Part shown: piece by piece, positions 40,218 through 50,118 of the stretch
Layout of the letters: each line of letters begins with the position of its first letter
Position numbering within the stretch: the stretch's first letter is position 1
From: Candidatus Aminicenantes bacterium
Lineage (GTDB): Bacteria; Acidobacteriota; Aminicenantia; Aminicenantales; Saccharicenantaceae
DNA length: 64,000 nt
Assembly (NCBI GenBank): GCA_963742235.1
Contig: CAVULT010000027.1
Span: 158,635-222,634 of the forward strand
Direction: 5' to 3'
Notes under the pieces: generated by a model
Told to the model about the DNA's origin: nothing
What the model saw: only the letters and a program-made list of their open reading frames with translations
Databases searched by the model: none
Made by a program: the position numbers and the translations under genes

Positions 40218-41474
40218 TTATAAGGCCTTTCCCGACGTCAGGGCGAGCGTTTTCCTCAGCAGGTCGAGGGCTTTCTGCGAGGACTGGAACTTGACTTGCG
40301 TCCGGCCGCTGGAAAAGAGGTTCCGCAGGATCTTCGTTCCGCGGCTTCGGGCGATGGCGACATAGACGAGCCCAACGGGCTTGCGGGCGGTCCCGCCGCC
40401 GGGACCCGCGACGCCGGTGACGGCGATGCCGATATCGGCTCCGGACGTCTTGCGTATGCCGAGGGCCATGGCCCTGGCGACGGGAGCGCTGACGGCGCCG
40501 TGCTTCTCGATGAGAGCTGCCGGGACGCCCAAGCGCCTGATCTTGGCCCGGTTGCTGTAGACGACCGCGGATTCCAGGAAATAATCCGAGCTCCCCGGGA
40601 CCTCGGTCAGCCGGTGCCCGATGAGGCCGCCCGTGCAGGATTCGGCGCAGGCGACGGTCAATGACCGCTCTCTGAGCATGGCTCCGACGACCTCCTCGAG
40701 GCTTTCGCCGTTCCGGGAATAGATCCACGGTCCGAGCGCTCGGCCGATCATCCGCTCGAGCCCGTCGAGCCGTGCGTCGGCCTCGGCGCGGCTGATCTTG
40801 CCGGAACAGGTCAGACGGATCGAGAGATCACCCGGGCCGGCCAGAGTGGTTATGGTCACGCCGTCAGGTCTGGCGGCGTAGACGTCCTTGAGCCGCGTTT
40901 CCATGGACGATTCGCCCAGGCCCGTCAGCCGGATGACCCGCCGGACGGTCAGCCCCTTTCCGAAGCGGATGAGACGGGGCATGACCAGGTTCTCGAACAT
41001 GGGCAGGATCTCGTGGGGAGGGCCGGGAAGAAGCGCGATCGCGTTGTGTCCGGTCTCCAGCCACAGGCCGGGGGCCGTGCCGTTGGGATTATCCAGGATC
41101 ACGGCCCCTTGGGGGACATAGCACTGCTTGAGGTTTGAAGCGGACATGGGCCAGCCCCGGCGCCTGAACCTCTCGCGGATCGCCGCCCGGATCTCCTCGT
41201 GGAAGATGAGCCTCCGCCTCAGCACCTTGGCGGCGGTCTCGCGCGTCCGGTCGTCCTCGGTCGGGCCGAGCCCTCCCATGCAGAGGACGAGACGCGAGCG
41301 GCCGAAAGCGGTCCGGAGCGCCCGGGCGAGGTCGCGCTCGTCGTCGCCGACGATCGTTTTGAAGGCAACCTCGAGGCCTATCGAATTCAGACCGGCCGTC
41401 AGGCCCAGCGAATTCGTGTCCTCGAAATCCGGCGTCAGGAGCTCCGAGCCGACGGCGATGATCTCGACCTTCAT
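40218..41474 (-). CDS. cinA: CinA-family protein (MocF-like N-domain + nicotinamide-nucleotide amidohydrolase PncC domain)
   Basis: 418 aa, CinA-like at both the N- and C-termini. Confidence 0.8.
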   Translation of the reverse strand: MKVEIIAVGSELLTPDFEDTNSLGLTAGLNSIGLEVAFKTIVGDDERDLARALRTAFGRSRLVLCMGGLGPTEDDRTRETAAKVLRRRLIFHEEIRAAIRERFRRRGWPMSASNLKQCYVPQGAVILDNPNGTAPGLWLETGHNAIALLPGPPHEILPMFENLVMPRLIRFGKGLTVRRVIRLTGLGESSMETRLKDVYAARPDGVTITTLAGPGDLSIRLTCSGKISRAEADARLDGLERMIGRALGPWIYSRNGESLEEVVGAMLRERSLTVACAESCTGGLIGHRLTEVPGSSDYFLESAVVYSNRAKIRRLGVPAALIEKHGAVSAPVARAMALGIRKTSGADIGIAVTGVAGPGGGTARKPVGLVYVAIARSRGTKILRNLFSSGRTQVKFQSSQKALDLLRKTLALTSGKAL

Positions 41475-41486
41475 GGTTCTCCAGGC

Positions 41487-41936
41487 TCAAACGAAAATCA
41501 GGGCCAGGCGCGCGAGGGCGGCCGCCGCGAGCCCGGCGGCGGCGTCGTCGGCCATGATGCCCCAGCCGCCCGGCAGGCCTTCGAGCTTCCGGATCGGCCA
41601 GGGCTTGATGATATCAAAAAAACGGAACAGCGCGAAGGCGATGCCGACAGGGAGCCAGCCGCCTGGGAGGAAAGCGAGGGCGATGAGCTGGCCGCAGACT
41701 TCGTCGACGACGATGCGGCCGGGGTCGGGACGCCCGAGCTCCGCGGCGTAGCGGCCGGCGGCGGCGGTCCCGGCGAAGAAGAGAAGGACGACCAGGATCA
41801 CGTAGAGCGGCCGGACCAGGTCATGAAGGACAAGCCCATAAAGGAGGGCGGTGACAACGCTGGCCGCGGTCCCGGGCGCCAGAGGCACGAAGCCGATCCC
41901 GAAGAAGGTGGCCAAAATCCCGCTGAGGGATTTCAC
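41487..41936 (-). CDS. pgpA: Phosphatidylglycerophosphatase A
   Basis: 149 aa, PgpA-like (FFGIGFVPLAPGT..., DIIKPWPI). Confidence 0.8.
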   Translation of the reverse strand: MKSLSGILATFFGIGFVPLAPGTAASVVTALLYGLVLHDLVRPLYVILVVLLFFAGTAAAGRYAAELGRPDPGRIVVDEVCGQLIALAFLPGGWLPVGIAFALFRFFDIIKPWPIRKLEGLPGGWGIMADDAAAGLAAAALARLALIFV

Positions 41937-43294
41937 GGGACGAGACTCCCGTAGAGATCGTAATCGTCGACCGAAAGAACCCGAACCCGGACGATGGAAG
42001 ATGGCGGCTCGGCGGTCCCCGGCGGCAGCATGAATCTGACGACGCCGTCGACCTCGGGCGCCTGGAACCGGCCCCGGCCGGTCCAGCGCCCGGGCGTGCC
42101 GGTGTCGGGACCCTCGACGATCACATCGATCGTCCGCCCCAAGCGGCTTTCGTTATGCGCGCGCGAGATCCCGGCCTGGATGGCCATGATCCCGCGGCGG
42201 CGCTCTTCTTTGTCTTCCGGGGAAACCGTATCGGGCAGGCTGCACGCGGCGGTGCCTTTTTCGGCCGAGTAGGCGAAGACGCCCAGATGGTCAAAGCGAG
42301 CCTCTTTGACGAACCGGCGGAGAGCCGCGAACTCCTTCCGCCCCTCGCCGGGGAAGCCGACGATGAGTGAGGTCCGGAGGGTAGCGTCCGGGAGTTGCTT
42401 CCTGATGCGCTCGATGAGACGGAGGGCCCGGCGGCCGTCAAGGCCCCTTTTCATGGCCTTGAGGAGGACGGGGTCGGCATGTTGGAATGGGATATCGAGG
42501 TAACGGCAGATCTTCGGCCCGGCCATGACCTCGAGGAGCGGTCCCGTGATCTCCTCGGGGTAGCCGTAAAGAAACCGGATCCACGCAACGCCCGGGACGC
42601 GGGCCAGCCGCTCGAGCAGGCCGGCCAGTCCGTTCCGGACGCCGCGGTCCCGCCCGAACAAAGTCGTATCGTGCGAGATGAGATCGATCTCCTTGACGCC
42701 GAGACCCGCCAGGGCGCTCGCCTCGCGGACGACGGAAGCGGCGCTCCGGGAAACGTAAGGGCCTTTGATCAGGGGGATGGCGCAGAAGCCGCAGCGGTGC
42801 GAACAACCCTCCGAGATCTTGACGTAGGCCCAGGCCCCCGGCGTGGACACGAGGCGTGGCGAGAGGTCCGAATAGAGGAACGTCCGGCCGGGAACGCTTG
42901 CCGGCCGGCCCTCGACGATCGCGGCGATCTCATCGAAGCTCCGGACGCCGGTCCAGGCGTCGACCTCGGGGAACTTGGCCTCGAGGCCCGCCCGGTCCCT
43001 CTCCACATAGCAGCCGGCGGCGACCACCTTCTTGCGCGGGTCCGAACGCTTGAGCCTGACGACCGAGGCGAGCGTTTCCTCGGCTTCGTCGCGGGCCGGC
43101 CCGATGAAACCGCAGGTGTTGACGATGACGACGTCGGCGTCCTCGGGCCTCGGAACGAACCCGTAGCCGGCCTCTTTGAGCGCGCCGAGCATCACTTCGC
43201 TGTCGACGAGATTCTTGGCGCAGCCGAGGCTGACGAGGGCGACTTTCTTTTTGGCCCGCCGGACGCCCGGGGCGCCGTGCGTCGGCCGGGTCAA
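41933..43294 (-). CDS. rimO: Ribosomal protein S12 methylthiotransferase RimO (radical SAM MTTase)
   Basis: MTTase N-domain, CxxxCxxC radical-SAM motif (CSHRCGFC), C-terminal TRAM domain. The TTG start at 43294 (TTGA overlap with the asnS stop) is uncertain; ATG 43438 is the alternative. Confidence 0.7.
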   Translation of the reverse strand: MTRPTHGAPGVRRAKKKVALVSLGCAKNLVDSEVMLGALKEAGYGFVPRPEDADVVIVNTCGFIGPARDEAEETLASVVRLKRSDPRKKVVAAGCYVERDRAGLEAKFPEVDAWTGVRSFDEIAAIVEGRPASVPGRTFLYSDLSPRLVSTPGAWAYVKISEGCSHRCGFCAIPLIKGPYVSRSAASVVREASALAGLGVKEIDLISHDTTLFGRDRGVRNGLAGLLERLARVPGVAWIRFLYGYPEEITGPLLEVMAGPKICRYLDIPFQHADPVLLKAMKRGLDGRRALRLIERIRKQLPDATLRTSLIVGFPGEGRKEFAALRRFVKEARFDHLGVFAYSAEKGTAACSLPDTVSPEDKEERRRGIMAIQAGISRAHNESRLGRTIDVIVEGPDTGTPGRWTGRGRFQAPEVDGVVRFMLPPGTAEPPSSIVRVRVLSVDDYDLYGSLVP

Positions 43295-44583
43295 GGATAG
43301 ATCCTGTAGAGGAGCCGGGGGAAGGGGATCGTTTCGCGGATGTGCTTGATGCCGCAGATCCAGGAGACCATGCGCTCGATGCCCATGCCGAAGCCCGAGT
43401 GGGGGACGCTGCCGTACTTGCGGAGGTCGAGGTACCACTCGTAGGCCTCGCGCGGCAGCTTGTGCTCTTCGAGACGCTTCTCGAGCAGGGCCAGGTCATG
43501 GATGCGCTGGCCGCCGCCGATGACCTCGCCGTACCCTTCCGAGGCCAGGAAATCGACGCCGAGGACGACGTCCGGATTCTCCGGGGCCGGCTGCATGTAA
43601 AAGGCCTTGATGGCCGTGGGGAAGTGCGTGACGCAGACCGGCGAAGTGTAGAGCTCGGAGATGATCGTCTCTTCGGGGGCGCCGAAATCTCCGCCCCACT
43701 CGATCTTCGACCCTTTCTCGCGCAGGACCGGCACGGCCTCGTCGTAGGTCAGGCGGGGGAAGGGCTTCCGGATGGCCTCGAGCGGCTTGGGGTCGCGCTC
43801 GAGCGTCTCGAGCTCGATCCGCCGCTTGGCCAGGACCCGCTCCATGATAAACAGGATGAGGTCCTCGCCGAGCCCGATGATGTCCTGGAGTGTGGCGAAG
43901 GCGACTTCGGGTTCGACCATCCAGAACTCGATGAGGTGGCGGCGCGTCTTCGATTTCTCGGCCCGGAACGTCGGCCCGAAACAGTAGACCTTGCCGAAGG
44001 CCATGGCCGTCGCCTCGTTGTAGAGCTGGCCGCTCTGGCTGAGGTAGGCCTTCTGGTCGAAGTATTCGGTTTCGAAGAGGGTCGTCGTGCCCTCGCAGGC
44101 GCTCGGCGTCAGGATCGGCGTGTCCATCAGCCGGAAGCCCCGGCCGTCGAAGAAGTCGCGGATGGCCTTGATGACCTCGGCCCGGACGCGCAGGACGGCG
44201 TGCTGCTTGGAAGACCGGAGCCAGAGGTGGCGGTGCTCCATCAGGAACGGGGTGCTGTGCTCCTTGAGGGTGATGGGATATTCCTCGGCCACCTGGACGA
44301 TCTCGAGCTCGGCCATCGACAGCTCATAGCCGCCCGGAGCGCGCGTATCGGCACGGACCCGGCCCCGGACGATGAGCGAGGATTCCTGGGTCAGGCGGTC
44401 GAACTGCTGGAAGAGAAGCGAGTCCTTGTCGGCGCTGAAGGCCGTCGCCTGGATGATGCCCGTGCCGTCGCGGACGAGCAGGAACCGAACCTTGCCCGAA
44501 GAGCGCTTGTTGTAGACCCAGCCGCGGATCTCGACGTCCTGGCCGTCATGGGAGGCGATGTCCTCGATGTAAACCCAATCCAT
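43291..44583 (-). CDS. asnS: Asparagine--tRNA ligase (class II, short form)
   Basis: 430 aa; class-II motifs ([33 protein letters not shown]). Confidence 0.8.
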   Translation of the reverse strand: MDWVYIEDIASHDGQDVEIRGWVYNKRSSGKVRFLLVRDGTGIIQATAFSADKDSLLFQQFDRLTQESSLIVRGRVRADTRAPGGYELSMAELEIVQVAEEYPITLKEHSTPFLMEHRHLWLRSSKQHAVLRVRAEVIKAIRDFFDGRGFRLMDTPILTPSACEGTTTLFETEYFDQKAYLSQSGQLYNEATAMAFGKVYCFGPTFRAEKSKTRRHLIEFWMVEPEVAFATLQDIIGLGEDLILFIMERVLAKRRIELETLERDPKPLEAIRKPFPRLTYDEAVPVLREKGSKIEWGGDFGAPEETIISELYTSPVCVTHFPTAIKAFYMQPAPENPDVVLGVDFLASEGYGEVIGGGQRIHDLALLEKRLEEHKLPREAYEWYLDLRKYGSVPHSGFGMGIERMVSWICGIKHIRETIPFPRLLYRIYP

Positions 44584-44653
44584 AATGCGCTCATTATAAG
44601 GAAAATCACGCCGTTGTGCAATCGGCCTGAAGATGCGTTATAAGAGCATTCGG

Positions 44654-44940
44654 CCGGGTAGTCGTGTAAGCCGCGCAGGGGTGTTCCCAGAGGAGGCCGT
44701 GGGAGGGCTTCGCGGGCACGGATGGCAGACGGGGAGCGCTTTTGGGAAGCATCTTTGTAAAGACACTCGTTTAAGATACTTATCAGAATTGCGGCTTCGA
44801 GCACTCAGCCGCAATTCTGCAGGTCGCTCCGAGGACTTCGCTTCCCGCCGGCCCGGATACGGAGCGAGACGGCTCGCCGGACCGGCGAGCGGCCGACGGC
44901 TGGGAATACCCCGAGCGTAGTAGCTTAGACGACTACCCGG
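44654..44940. repeat. Intergenic repeat, copy B with 18-bp terminal inverted repeats (MITE-like, or a structured sRNA)
   Basis: TIRs ccgggtagtcgtgtaagc (44654-44671) and gcttagacgactacccgg (44923-44940) match 17/18. The internal core 44772..44871 contains a perfect 13-bp hairpin, cagaattgcggct/agccgcaattctg. Confidence 0.6.
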
Positions 44941-44950
44941 AAGATCCTTT

Positions 44951-45517
44951 GTGCGTTATACTGAGGCCAGGTCGATGGCTCAGCCGAAAGAGTTCGCACC
45001 GGTCAAGCTGATTTGCGGCGTGATCTATAAAGAGGATGCGCTTTACGAGGAGGTCAGGCGCCGGCTCGAGGCGGAGTGGGGGAGGGCCGACAGCGAGAGC
45101 GAACCCTTTCCGTTCGACCTGACCGACTATTATGAAGCCGAGATGGGTCCGGGACTCTTTCGGCGGTTCATGAGCTTCGGAACCCTCATCGCGCCGGAAT
45201 CCCTTCCGGAGAAAAAGCTCAGGTCGATCGAGATCGAGGAGTCGCTCCGGCGGGAGCATGGGGCTCCGGGCCGCCAGGTCAACATCGACCCCGGCTACCT
45301 CACCGCTTCGGCGCTCATCATGGCCACGGCCAAGGATTTCGCCCACCGCGTGCCGCTCGGGCTGGGTATCTACGCTCACCTCGAATTCCTGTTCACCAAG
45401 ACAGGCGTCAAGACGCTCGAGTGGACGTATCCCGATCTGAGGCGCGAGCCTCCGCAGGCTTATCTCCGGTCGGTCAGGGAGATCCTTCTTCGGGGGATCC
45501 GCGAACGGCCGGATTGA
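44951..45517 (+). CDS. Conserved hypothetical protein (DUF4416-like)
   Basis: 188-aa ORF with no known catalytic motif; the DUF assignment is from memory and low-confidence. The start may be MAQPKEF at 44975. Confidence 0.4.
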   Translation: MRYTEARSMAQPKEFAPVKLICGVIYKEDALYEEVRRRLEAEWGRADSESEPFPFDLTDYYEAEMGPGLFRRFMSFGTLIAPESLPEKKLRSIEIEESLRREHGAPGRQVNIDPGYLTASALIMATAKDFAHRVPLGLGIYAHLEFLFTKTGVKTLEWTYPDLRREPPQAYLRSVREILLRGIRERPD

Positions 45518-45526
45518 CGCCCGGGC

Positions 45527-46681
45527 TCAGCCTTCGGGGTGGAAGGCGGAGATGGAGCGGAGCTTGGCGATGATCTCCGGCAGCTCTTTCAGCACGACCT
45601 CGATGTCCGCCTCGGTGTTCGAGCGGCCGAGGGACATCCGGATCGAAGAACGGGCGATCTCCGGCCGCAGTCCGATGGCCTGGAGGACGTGGGAGACCTC
45701 CTCGGATTCCTCGCTGCAGGCGGATCCGGTCGAAACGTAGATCTCCTTGGTCGCCAAAGCCAGGAGGATGGCCTCGGCCTCGAGACCGGGGAAGGCGAAA
45801 TTGAGGGTGCTCTTGACCCGGTTCTCGGGGTGGCCGTTGAATCGGGCCGCCGGGATCTTCTGCTCGATGCCCCGCTTGAGCGTCTCGGCCAGCTTCTCGA
45901 CCCGGGCCCGCTCCTTGCGTCCCTTTTCTTCGAGGACGCGGACGGCCTCGCCGAAACCGATGATGCCGGCCGTGTTCTCGGTCCCGGCCCGAAGCCCGCG
46001 CTCCTGGCGCCCGCCGTGGACAAAGGGGCGGATCGTCGCCCCGCGGCGGACGTAGAGGGCGCCGATCCCCTTGGGGCCGTAGATCTTGTGAGCCGAAACG
46101 GTCAGGAGATCGACCCCGAGCTTGCGGGCGTCGACGTCGATCTTGCCGAAGCTCTGGACGGCGTCCGTGTGCACGGGGATGCCGCGCTCGTGGGCGATCC
46201 GAACGATCTCGGCGACGGGCTCGATCGTGCCGATCTCGTTGTTGGCGTGCATGACCGAGACGAGGCCTGTCTTCGGGGTCAGGGCCGAGCGGAGATGATC
46301 GAGGCTGACGGTGCCGTACTCGTCGACGGGCACATAAGTGACCTTGACCCCCCGCCGCTCCAGCGTCTTGGCCGCCTCGATCACGGCCGGATGCTCGATC
46401 GCCGAGGTGACAAATTCGTTCCGCTCCGGAGCGGCATCGAAGGTCCCGAAGACGGCGAAGTTGTCGGCTTCAGTCCCCGAGCCGGTGAAGAAGATCTCGC
46501 CCCGGTCGACGCCGAGGGCCGCGGCCAGGCGCTCGCGGGCCTCGTTCATCAGCTCCTTGACCCTCCGGCCGATCGGGTAAAGGGACGAGGGGTTGCCAAA
46601 GTGCTCCCGCAGGAACCAGGCCATCTTGTCGGCGACGGCCGGATCGACCGGCGTCGTGGCGTTGTGGTCGAGGTAGATCAT
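45527..46681 (-). CDS. iscS: Cysteine desulfurase (class-V aminotransferase, NifS/IscS family)
   Basis: MIYLDHNATTP..., PLP-lysine region SAHKIYGPKG, catalytic-Cys loop GSACSEE. Confidence 0.8.
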   Translation of the reverse strand: MIYLDHNATTPVDPAVADKMAWFLREHFGNPSSLYPIGRRVKELMNEARERLAAALGVDRGEIFFTGSGTEADNFAVFGTFDAAPERNEFVTSAIEHPAVIEAAKTLERRGVKVTYVPVDEYGTVSLDHLRSALTPKTGLVSVMHANNEIGTIEPVAEIVRIAHERGIPVHTDAVQSFGKIDVDARKLGVDLLTVSAHKIYGPKGIGALYVRRGATIRPFVHGGRQERGLRAGTENTAGIIGFGEAVRVLEEKGRKERARVEKLAETLKRGIEQKIPAARFNGHPENRVKSTLNFAFPGLEAEAILLALATKEIYVSTGSACSEESEEVSHVLQAIGLRPEIARSSIRMSLGRSNTEADIEVVLKELPEIIAKLRSISAFHPEG

Positions 46682-46767
46682 GTTCGTATTTTAACAGAAC
46701 GCCGGCAAAAATAAGAGGGCCGCCTCGCCGGATGATCGCGGCGGCCGGCCCTCTTGACCTTCAGAAT

Positions 46768-47667
46768 CTAGGCCAGCTTCTCTTTGAGGATGCGGACGAC
46801 CTCCAGACCGGCCCTCTGCTGGCCCTCGGCCGACGCGGCGCCGAGATGGGGGATCGGGATGACGTTCGGATGGTCGACCAGCGAGAAGTCCTCGGGGGGC
46901 TCCTTGTCGAAGACGTCGAGCGCCGCCGCCCGGACCTTGCCGGAGTTGAGCGCGCCCAGCAGGCCCTTCTCGTCGACGACCCCGCCGCGGGCGACATTGA
47001 CGATGATGACGCCGGTCTTCATCCTGGCGAACTCGGCTTCGCCCAGGATGGGCTTGGCCTGCTTGGGGACGTGAAGAGTGATGACGTCGGCCGCGGCCAG
47101 GAGCTCGTCGAGGGGGACCTGCTTGACCGGAAGGCCGGTCTTGATCGGGATGACGTCGTAAGCCACGACGGTCATGCCGAAGGCCAGGGCCCGCTTGGCC
47201 ACTTCCGTCCCGATCCGGCCGAAGCCGATGATGCCCAGGGTCTTGCCGAAGAGCTCCGTGCCCTCGAGCGCTTTCTTGTCCCACTTGTGGGCCTTCATCG
47301 ACAGGACCGCCTTCCAGTGATTGCGGACCGCGCCGAGCATCAGCCCGAAAGTGTGCTCGGCCACGGTGATGGACGTGGCCGCGGGGGTGTTGGCGACGAA
47401 GATGCCCTTTTCCTTGGCCGCGTCACGGTCGATATTGTCGAGACCGATGCCGGCCCGGACGAGGACCTTGAGGTCTTGGCCCGCCTCGATCACCGGCCGG
47501 GTGATGCGCGAGGCGCTGCGCACGACCACGGCGCTGAAGCCGGGAACGGTCTGGATGAGCTCGGCCTCGCTCATGCCTTTTTGGACGGTGACTTCGAATC
47601 CGGGGACGGCCTTGAGCAGGTCCAGGGCCGCCTTGTCCATGCCGTCGGCGATGAGGATCTTGGTCAT
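46768..47667 (-). CDS. serA: D-3-phosphoglycerate dehydrogenase (short form, no ACT domain)
   Basis: MTKILIADG start at 47667 with an AAGGAGAA RBS; NAD-binding GIIGFGRIG; catalytic R/E/H positions conserved. Confidence 0.75.
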   Translation of the reverse strand: MTKILIADGMDKAALDLLKAVPGFEVTVQKGMSEAELIQTVPGFSAVVVRSASRITRPVIEAGQDLKVLVRAGIGLDNIDRDAAKEKGIFVANTPAATSITVAEHTFGLMLGAVRNHWKAVLSMKAHKWDKKALEGTELFGKTLGIIGFGRIGTEVAKRALAFGMTVVAYDVIPIKTGLPVKQVPLDELLAAADVITLHVPKQAKPILGEAEFARMKTGVIIVNVARGGVVDEKGLLGALNSGKVRAAALDVFDKEPPEDFSLVDHPNVIPIPHLGAASAEGQQRAGLEVVRILKEKLA

Positions 47668-48812
47668 TGCCAGTTCTCCTTGAGGACGGCCTGGGCGGCC
47701 GTGATGCCGGCCCCGGCCTGGAACTTGTAGCCGAGGTCCATGAGGGTCATCTCGAGGGCCGACAGGGCGGTGATGATGTCGAAGCCGCCCATGTAGCCGA
47801 GGTGGGCGATGCGGAAGATCTTCCCTTTGTAAGGGTCCTGCCCGCCGGCGATGTAGGCCATGTACTTGCCCTGCATCGTCTTGACCAGCTTGCCGCCCTC
47901 GATGCCTTCCGGCACTTTGCAGCAGGTCAGGACGTTGCCCGGCCGCTTGGCCAGCAGTTCCAGGCCGAGGGCCTTGACCCCGGCCCGAGTGGCGTCGGCC
48001 AGGATGCGATGGTGGACGAACAGGCCGTCCAGGCCCATCTTCTTGATGATGTCCAGGGCGTGCTTCTGCTGGATGATGAGCGAGACGCCGGGGGTCCAGG
48101 GCGTCGTCTTGTCGGCCAGGTTCTTCTTGGCCTTCTTGAGGTCGAAATAGAACTTCGGCAGCTTGGCGTTGGCGGCCGCCGCCCAGGCCTTCTGGCTCAG
48201 GGCGATGAAGGCCAGACCGGGCGGGATCATGAACGATTTCTGCGAGCCGGACAGGAAAACGTCGAGCTTCCAATCGTCCATGGGGCAGGGCGTGACGCCC
48301 GCCCCGGAGATGCCGTCGACGACAAGCAGGGCCGGGGTCTTGGCCACGACCTCGCCGAAGCCCTGGATGTCGAACATGGCCCCGGAGGAGGTTTCCGACA
48401 AGGTGGCGAAGACGGCCTTGCAGTCGGGCATGGCCTTGAGCTCGGCCTCGAGCTCCTCCTTGGTGAAGTCCTTGCCCCACGGGTCGAGGATGATCTCTTT
48501 GTAGGCGACGCCGTAGGCCTTGAGGATGTTGCCCCAGCGTTCGCCGAATTTGCCGCCGTTGATCGTCAGGACCTTGTCGCCGGGGCTGAGCAGGTTGACC
48601 ACGGCGGTTTCCATGGCCCCGGTCCCGGAAGAGGTCAGGATGTAGGCGTCTTCCTTGGTGCCGAAGACCAGCTTGATGCCTTCGGTGACCTCCATGAAGA
48701 TGGCCGAGAATTCGGCGGTCCGGTGGTGAATGATAGGTTCGGCCGCCGCCGACAGGGCCCGCTCGGGGACCGGCGTGGGGCCGGGGGAGAGAAGGTAGTA
48801 TTTTTTGATCAT
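47664..48812 (-). CDS. Class-V aminotransferase (serine-pyruvate / phosphoserine aminotransferase-like)
   Basis: 382-aa AGXT-like fold (SGTGAMETAV...SGSQKS). ATGA overlap with serA suggests a serine-biosynthesis operon. Confidence 0.7.
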   Translation of the reverse strand: MIKKYYLLSPGPTPVPERALSAAAEPIIHHRTAEFSAIFMEVTEGIKLVFGTKEDAYILTSSGTGAMETAVVNLLSPGDKVLTINGGKFGERWGNILKAYGVAYKEIILDPWGKDFTKEELEAELKAMPDCKAVFATLSETSSGAMFDIQGFGEVVAKTPALLVVDGISGAGVTPCPMDDWKLDVFLSGSQKSFMIPPGLAFIALSQKAWAAAANAKLPKFYFDLKKAKKNLADKTTPWTPGVSLIIQQKHALDIIKKMGLDGLFVHHRILADATRAGVKALGLELLAKRPGNVLTCCKVPEGIEGGKLVKTMQGKYMAYIAGGQDPYKGKIFRIAHLGYMGGFDIITALSALEMTLMDLGYKFQAGAGITAAQAVLKENWQ

Positions 48813-48852
48813 CAGGCGCTCCTTTGGGTTGTTTTTATGATGGCGAGTTGGG

Positions 48853-49998
48853 TCATAGCGTTTTGAGAAGCTGGGTCAGCAGGGCCGTCCGTTCGAGGAA
48901 CGACGGGATGAGCAGGTGCTCGTGCTCGGCGTGCAGGCCGTCGCCGTCCGGCCCGAGGCCGTCGAGGGTCGGGACGCCCAGTCCGGCCGCGATCGAAGCA
49001 TCCGAGCCTCCGCCGGTCTTGCCGGCTTTGAGGGGGGACAGGCCCATGCCCGCCGCGATCTCCTGGGCCTGGGCGAACAGCCTTTCGGAGGCTTTGGTCT
49101 TTTCCATCGGCGGCGTCGCGCTTTCGACCGTGATCTTGAGCCGCGCTCCCCGGAACACCGGGGCGGATTCACGCAGGATGCGGAGGACCCGGTCGCGATC
49201 GGCGGCCTTCCAGAAGCGGACGTCCAGGACGGCCCAGGCGCTCTCGGCCACGACGTTCGCTTTCTCGCCGCCGCCGATAAGCCCGACGTTGACCGTGGTT
49301 TCTCCCGTCCGCAGGCGCTTGAACCTGGCGATCTGGGCCGCCAGCTCCTCGACGGCGCTGACGCCCTTCTCGGGCGTGCCGCCATGGGCCGACCGTCCGT
49401 GGACGTCCATGCGGATGACGAGACGGCCCTTGCGCTCGAGCTTCAGGGCCCCGCCCGGCAGCGCCGGTTCGAGACAGAGGACGAGAGAGGCCCGGCGAGC
49501 CAGCTTGCGGATGAGATCGGTCGAGGCCGCGCTCCCGGTTTCTTCGGCCGAGTTGACGAAGACCACGATCTTCTTTTGCGGCTTGACGTTGAGACCATGG
49601 AGGGCCCGCAGCGAGGCGAGGAGCATGACCAGGCCGGCTTTCATGTCGAGGGCGCCCGGCCCGTAGAGCCTGTGGCCTTGGACATAAAACGGCATCTTGG
49701 CGATCTTGCCGACGGGCCAGACGGTATCGAGGTGGGTGAGGACGAGGATCTCGTCATCGGCCTCTTTGACCCGGCCCGGCGCGAACTCGGCGACGACCAG
49801 GTCGCCGGTGTCTTTCTGGGGGTTGGTCGTGACGCTGCAGCCGACCTTCTTGAGCTCTTGGGCCGTGAAGGCGACGCAGGCGTCCACGGCCTTCTTGTCA
49901 TCGGTCGGGGATTCGAGCGCGACGATCTGCTTCAACAGATGGACCAGCTCGCCTTGGCGGGAGCGGAAATAGAGCCGGAAATCCATTCGTCCCTCCAT
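48853..49998 (-). CDS. M20-family metallopeptidase (ArgE/DapE/CPG2-like)
   Basis: HLDTV, GALDMKAG, SAEE and GG.EKANVV motifs. Confidence 0.7.
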   Translation of the reverse strand: MEGRMDFRLYFRSRQGELVHLLKQIVALESPTDDKKAVDACVAFTAQELKKVGCSVTTNPQKDTGDLVVAEFAPGRVKEADDEILVLTHLDTVWPVGKIAKMPFYVQGHRLYGPGALDMKAGLVMLLASLRALHGLNVKPQKKIVVFVNSAEETGSAASTDLIRKLARRASLVLCLEPALPGGALKLERKGRLVIRMDVHGRSAHGGTPEKGVSAVEELAAQIARFKRLRTGETTVNVGLIGGGEKANVVAESAWAVLDVRFWKAADRDRVLRILRESAPVFRGARLKITVESATPPMEKTKASERLFAQAQEIAAGMGLSPLKAGKTGGGSDASIAAGLGVPTLDGLGPDGDGLHAEHEHLLIPSFLERTALLTQLLKTL

Positions 49999-50118
49999 CC
50001 GGATGGGGAAGTTTCACTTTATCATACTCACGAGGGAAAAGCACTTCCTTTGTCTTGATTTAGGGGTTTCTTTCCCCTAGAGTAGAACGCGAGGAGGCCG
50101 CTTGCGGGATTTCCCGGC

